Source: Candidatus Poribacteria bacterium (GTDB lineage Bacteria; Poribacteria; WGA-4E; WGA-3G). From it: a stretch of 64,000 nt of DNA. The notes beneath the pieces are model-generated. The model worked only from the letters and a program-made list of their open reading frames with translations, was not told the origin of the DNA and did no database searches. Positions 59,787 through 64,000 of the stretch are shown here, one piece after another. The translations under genes were made by a program, and so were the position numbers. How positions within the stretch are numbered: position 1 is the first letter of the stretch; each line of letters opens with the position of its first letter. The stretch covers positions 4,448,001-4,512,000 of the forward strand of contig OZ243938.1 in assembly GCA_965214095.1 (NCBI GenBank), in the 5' to 3' direction.

Positions 59787-62204
59787 ATGAATACCTCTGA
59801 GTTCATTGAAAACATCCTCGATTGTAAACTTGAAGACATCACAGCAGATATGGATGTCCCCTTAGAAACATTACATACCTTCCTTAATTCACTGCCATCA
59901 GATAGTCTTGAAACATACCTGTCCCCTCAATGGGTTGTCCTTGCTGCAGGCAAAGGCACACGCATAGATCCAATAGGACGTTTTAGCAAAACATTAGATA
60001 TTATGTTTGGTGAAAAGAACATGTTGCAGCTATCACGTCAATATCTGCCGGGGAATCTACCACATATTGTTGTCATCAATCCACAAATGGCAACTCGTCT
60101 TACCAATAGCAATTCTGTTGAATCCTTATTGGGTGCAAGTACAATCACATGCATTCAAGAAGAAATGAATGGAACAGGCGGTGCATTACAAGCTGCCCTC
60201 CCAGAAATCCATAAGTCAGACGCTGAATGGATCGGTGTATCATTTGGTGACGAACCATTTTTGGATAAATCCATTATTGCTCAAACATGGTTATCACATT
60301 TCATGTCAGGGGCAGACGTTACTTTATGTGGAAAAATACCAGATACTGTAAGAGACAAGGGTGGACTATTATTTGACTCAGAAGGGAAATTCCTTGGAAC
60401 AAAAGAATGGTACGATATGACAGAGTCTGAAAAAGACAAAATGTGGGAACAGTTGAAATGTGGTGAAGCATATACAAATACTGGAATTACAATAATACGA
60501 AAGAGTGTGTTACTTGAACGGATACATCGTTTACAGCCACATACAAACCGAAACGACGAACTCCATCATGTTGATCTGATTCGTCTCTGTTATGAGGATG
60601 GATTAAAAACTAATGCCTTTATCTATCGCGAAGAAGTTTTGTCTGGAGTTAATCGCTGGTCAAATGTCCTGTCTGGTGAAACTGCCATCTATGCAAAGAC
60701 CCGTGATATCCTTGTGCAGAAAGGAATACGTGTTGATCCTGCAGCTCAGATAACTTTGGATAGTGATGATATTGAAATTGGGTCAGCATGCTATCTACTT
60801 GGTAGAGTTCATATTGGTAAGGATGTAAAAATAGGTGATTACTGTAGACTTGAAGATGTTTCATTAACTGGGGCAACAATTATAGGAGACTCTGTAGGTC
60901 TACAGAATGTGTCTGCAAAAGATACAACAATTCAATCAAATGTTTTACCAACTACGTTAGCAAAACCGATCACTGGTCTCTCAACTGCAAGTTATATTTC
61001 CAATAGTACATTTGACGGTGTGACTATCGGTACAAGTGTTGAATTGACAGACATTAAGGCATATATTACCGTTATTCCTTCTGGGATTAGATTGAAAAAT
61101 CAAACATTAGGTGTACCTTATGCTAAAACACCTCAGGGAGTTTCAGCACAACTCTTCAACCAAATTATACCTGCTAATTACAGACCTGGTGTCTACACTT
61201 TCGGTGAAAAGAAAGATCTACCCGATTGGGAAAACCTACGCAATCATGTCAGTTCACATAGTGCAACGGAGTTAATTCCACGTGCTACCCAAGACCCACA
61301 ACTACAACAAGACATATCCAATGCTGTAAATACTTTGTTGGATATGCTTCGTGCCAACGGAGACTATCTAATTGAACCACTCACTGCCGAGGAACTGTGG
61401 GGGACAATTTTTGAGATGGTGCAGAATTTCTCTGGCAATCCTAATCCTTATGTTCACGATAAACTAAAAGCACGACAGACGGCACTCTCACTCCTACCAG
61501 AGTTCTGGAATGAACAATGGTTGACAAGGTTAAAACTTGTAGTCTCAGGAAATGTCATCGATTACAGCAGTGCACGTGTTGTTGAAAAGGTAAATGCAAA
61601 TCCAAATTATTTCTCTCAGGCACTCCGCGCAGCAGTTGAAACACCTTTTGCTATAGACTGCTATGATATGTTTATGGAGAAAGTCATTGAAGGGAAACCC
61701 AAACAAATTATGTTGCTTGCTGACAATGATGGGGAAATCATATTTGATATGGCATTAATTCAAGACTTGTTAAAATGTGGTCATCGGATCTCTATAGTTG
61801 GCAAAGCAGACAATGCAAGCAACGATGTTACTTTAGCAGATTTACATGATATTACGGCCTATCCTCAATTTACATCTATAAAACAAGCAATACAGGATGG
61901 AGTTGTTACCCTTATTTCTTCAGGAGCAAAGACGATTGGCACTAATCTGTATAATGCAACACCAGAATTTGTAAATGAACTGTTACACACCGATTTGGTA
62001 ATCTCAAAAGGTCAAGGCAATTTCTTCACAACACCTGGATGGAAGATGGATACTTTCTATCTTCTACTCTCAAAAGGATTGACAGCAGAAAGAACAACCG
62101 GTGTTGTTGCAGATAGGAGTCTTCCAGTAGATGGACTTATTTTAGCATATCTACCAGCCGGAACAAGCAGGAATGCCCCTTTGTGCGATCTATGTCAGTC
62201 TTGA
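59787..62204 (+). CDS. Fusion of a GlmU-like nucleotidyltransferase/left-handed beta-helix region with a DUF89 (ARMT1-like) phosphatase domain
   Basis: VLAAGKGTR, QEEMNGTGGA, GDEP, GVN; hexapeptide repeats; C-terminal GNVIDY, LADNDGE, SNDVT, ISKGQGN. Confidence 0.8.
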   Translation: MNTSEFIENILDCKLEDITADMDVPLETLHTFLNSLPSDSLETYLSPQWVVLAAGKGTRIDPIGRFSKTLDIMFGEKNMLQLSRQYLPGNLPHIVVINPQMATRLTNSNSVESLLGASTITCIQEEMNGTGGALQAALPEIHKSDAEWIGVSFGDEPFLDKSIIAQTWLSHFMSGADVTLCGKIPDTVRDKGGLLFDSEGKFLGTKEWYDMTESEKDKMWEQLKCGEAYTNTGITIIRKSVLLERIHRLQPHTNRNDELHHVDLIRLCYEDGLKTNAFIYREEVLSGVNRWSNVLSGETAIYAKTRDILVQKGIRVDPAAQITLDSDDIEIGSACYLLGRVHIGKDVKIGDYCRLEDVSLTGATIIGDSVGLQNVSAKDTTIQSNVLPTTLAKPITGLSTASYISNSTFDGVTIGTSVELTDIKAYITVIPSGIRLKNQTLGVPYAKTPQGVSAQLFNQIIPANYRPGVYTFGEKKDLPDWENLRNHVSSHSATELIPRATQDPQLQQDISNAVNTLLDMLRANGDYLIEPLTAEELWGTIFEMVQNFSGNPNPYVHDKLKARQTALSLLPEFWNEQWLTRLKLVVSGNVIDYSSARVVEKVNANPNYFSQALRAAVETPFAIDCYDMFMEKVIEGKPKQIMLLADNDGEIIFDMALIQDLLKCGHRISIVGKADNASNDVTLADLHDITAYPQFTSIKQAIQDGVVTLISSGAKTIGTNLYNATPEFVNELLHTDLVISKGQGNFFTTPGWKMDTFYLLLSKGLTAERTTGVVADRSLPVDGLILAYLPAGTSRNAPLCDLCQS

Positions 62205-63557
62205 AATCGTAAATTCCCTTTTACCAGACTTTGAAAGAGGAATTTCCTCAACATACTCCACATCAACAGTCACGTCTGTCCCCATTTTTGCTTGAATCTT
62301 CAATACAATTTCATCACAAGTTTTCTCTGTCCATTCTTCGTTTATCACAAGTTTCAGTGTACACTTTTCAAAAGAGTCTTGGATTAATTGAAACTGCGAA
62401 ACACCTTCAATGTTATAGAACTGTTGTGTGAAATACCCACCATGCACCAACAATCCACTTTTCGTGCGAAAGGTTGCAGTACTACGACCCAGAAGTTCTG
62501 CCAATACTGGCAATTGATTGCCACACGGACATCTTTCGTTAGATAATCTTCCAATATCACCAATGCGATAGCGAATAAAAGGCATAGCATAGTTGTTTAG
62601 TTGTGTGATGAGTATATCGCCAGGAATGTTGTATGGATCAAGGCTATCTATCTCAAGAAATATGTCTCTGCAGTTGATATGCATCTTTCCCTCACCACAC
62701 TCCATCCCAATTAATCCTACCTCTCTTCCTCCATACCTGTTATATATCTTCGTGCTAAAGGTAGATTCTGCTAACGACCTATAATGTGGATACAACATCT
62801 CCGCAGAAGAAATAATACCTTTCAAATCCCAGTTAGGTTTAAGATTCTGTTCATTGAGGTATTTTGCAAACTGGTGTAGAGAGGAAGGGTATGCCAGAAT
62901 AGTCTTGGGTTGCCACTGTTGCATCTTCTCAAATGTTGTTTGCATTGCTGATTCTGTAAGTTGAAATCCGTCAAGCCAGAACTGATTTCTCCAATAACGG
63001 TTCAGTTTCTGTTTCCAACGACTACCCGCGTTGATGTCTGTCTGTGCACCCCAAATAACTAACTGCGGTTCTCCAAAATCCCATCCTCCCCATCTGTCAA
63101 AATAATATACACTTAGATTTCTTTGATTCCAATAGGTTCTATCCTGATAGAACTTCAACGGTGTGCCTGTAGAACCACCCGTAGCATTTTCAATTCGTTT
63201 ATGTAATGGAATTAACTCCGATTGAAGATTGGATAGTTGTTTACGGACAGTCTGCTTCTCAAGTGGTGGAATTATTGATATGTCAATTGAATCCGTAGAA
63301 AATAACTGAGTCAAGCCATCCTGTCTCAATCCAATTTCTTTGAACAGATCACGGTAGTAAGGTGTTGTTTGGACAGCATGCTGAAAGAGTTGTCGAATAC
63401 GATTCCTTTGATATTCCAAAATAGTATCACGAGAGGAATTGAACAAAGAAGTTGTTTTTGAGAATTGGTGGGGGAAGGATAGACCCTTACGGTAGGTATT
63501 ATATGCACACCAAGCAGCTTTTGAGAACAACACTTTGGTTGAACGATGAATTGCCAT
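62190..63557 (-). CDS. Phenylacetate-CoA ligase family (PaaK/CapK-like) adenylate-forming protein
   Basis: TGGSTGTP, YGGREVG, MPFIRYRIGD, GR, SGK. Confidence 0.88.
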   Translation of the reverse strand: MAIHRSTKVLFSKAAWCAYNTYRKGLSFPHQFSKTTSLFNSSRDTILEYQRNRIRQLFQHAVQTTPYYRDLFKEIGLRQDGLTQLFSTDSIDISIIPPLEKQTVRKQLSNLQSELIPLHKRIENATGGSTGTPLKFYQDRTYWNQRNLSVYYFDRWGGWDFGEPQLVIWGAQTDINAGSRWKQKLNRYWRNQFWLDGFQLTESAMQTTFEKMQQWQPKTILAYPSSLHQFAKYLNEQNLKPNWDLKGIISSAEMLYPHYRSLAESTFSTKIYNRYGGREVGLIGMECGEGKMHINCRDIFLEIDSLDPYNIPGDILITQLNNYAMPFIRYRIGDIGRLSNERCPCGNQLPVLAELLGRSTATFRTKSGLLVHGGYFTQQFYNIEGVSQFQLIQDSFEKCTLKLVINEEWTEKTCDEIVLKIQAKMGTDVTVDVEYVEEIPLSKSGKREFTISRLT

Positions 63558-63573
63558 GTTTTCAATTCTATTG

Positions 63574-63609
63574 TGTCTAAATGTCTAATCAATGTTAGAC
63601 ATTTAGACA
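63574..63609. repeat. Perfect 15-bp inverted repeat (terminator or operator)
   Basis: TGTCTAAATGTCTAA / TTAGACATTTAGACA between the sulfatase stop and the ligase start. Confidence 0.55.
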
Positions 63610-63623
63610 TAATAGCTATATAT

Positions 63624-64000
63624 TCATTTACGTCTTCTTATTGGGTCAATATGTGGCACATATCCAGGTGGTAATTGGTCACTGGAAGAACGTCCATCTT
63701 GAAAAAGTTGATCAGCGTCGGGATTATCAGGTTCATAAGGTTGAGGGAATTCGCGCCAATTATTACCATCAAGTGGCTGCTCATAGCCATCATTCTTGAA
63801 CCAGTTGATCAACCTATCACGGTATTCTCTGAGAATACCGCCATAAGCATGGTTTCCGGCAAGATTACGTTCATCAAGTCTACCGGCAAGTCTTCTGAAC
63901 AACCATTCTTTTCTATCCGCGGCAGAATAGATGTACTTGTATTCATCTGTCAAATACATATACAATCCTCTACTCTCACCTGCTAATTGTCCAATTATTG
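63624..64000 (-). CDS. Partial gene (3' end), probable sulfatase
   Basis: YKYIYS..EWLF..DERNLA pattern typical of sulfatase C-termini; ORF appears open to the window edge. Confidence 0.55.
   Translation of the reverse strand, partial: IIGQLAGESRGLYMYLTDEYKYIYSAADRKEWLFRRLAGRLDERNLAGNHAYGGILREYRDRLINWFKNDGYEQPLDGNNWREFPQPYEPDNPDADQLFQDGRSSSDQLPPGYVPHIDPIRRRK

Noticed and set aside
62180-62204. C-terminal CDLC followed by TGA as a redox or Sec motif
   Set aside because: It overlaps the 3' end of the convergent gene and has no hairpin like the candidate SECIS; it is probably incidental.
617-63986. Numerous 60-160 aa ORFs antisense to, or nested in, long genes
   Set aside because: These are shadow ORFs with no recognisable motifs or RBS, overlapping well-supported CDSs.
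1-64000. tRNA (including tRNA-Sec), rRNA or riboswitch genes
   Set aside because: None was recognised by eye in the intergenic regions; tRNAscan-SE or Infernal would be needed to exclude them.

Overview
AT-rich bacterial window with about 55 genes. The gene content (many secreted LamG-like proteins ending in a 'V(E/D)xxxKL(A/T)TTW(G/A)xIK' tail, a WD40 protein, a CRTAC1/ASPIC protein, TPR proteins, sugar isomerases and oxidoreductases) resembles Candidatus Poribacteria; this assignment is an inference. The most notable signal is at 29.0-33.3 kb. Six apparent ORFs there are best read as three tandem lipoprotein genes of the AhpC/TSA (redoxin) type. Each has an in-frame TGA at the first position of a CxxC-type motif (U-x-x-C), followed at an identical distance by the same hairpin (CAACTC-Gnn-GAGTTG), a putative SECIS. 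They are followed by a DUF362 gene and a small lipoprotein gene, giving a putative extracytoplasmic selenoprotein redox operon. Other observations: a shared C-terminal sorting-like motif on 8 secreted proteins of two different types; GTAG-REP hairpins with covarying stems inside MITE/REPIN-like units; a 508-bp element with terminal inverted repeats and a 9-bp target duplication; a decayed type I R-M locus around a UPF0175/PIN pair; a GlmU-like/DUF89 phosphatase fusion; and two frameshifted LamG genes. I found no rRNA, tRNA or CRISPR array. All family assignments come from motif recognition by eye, not database searches.
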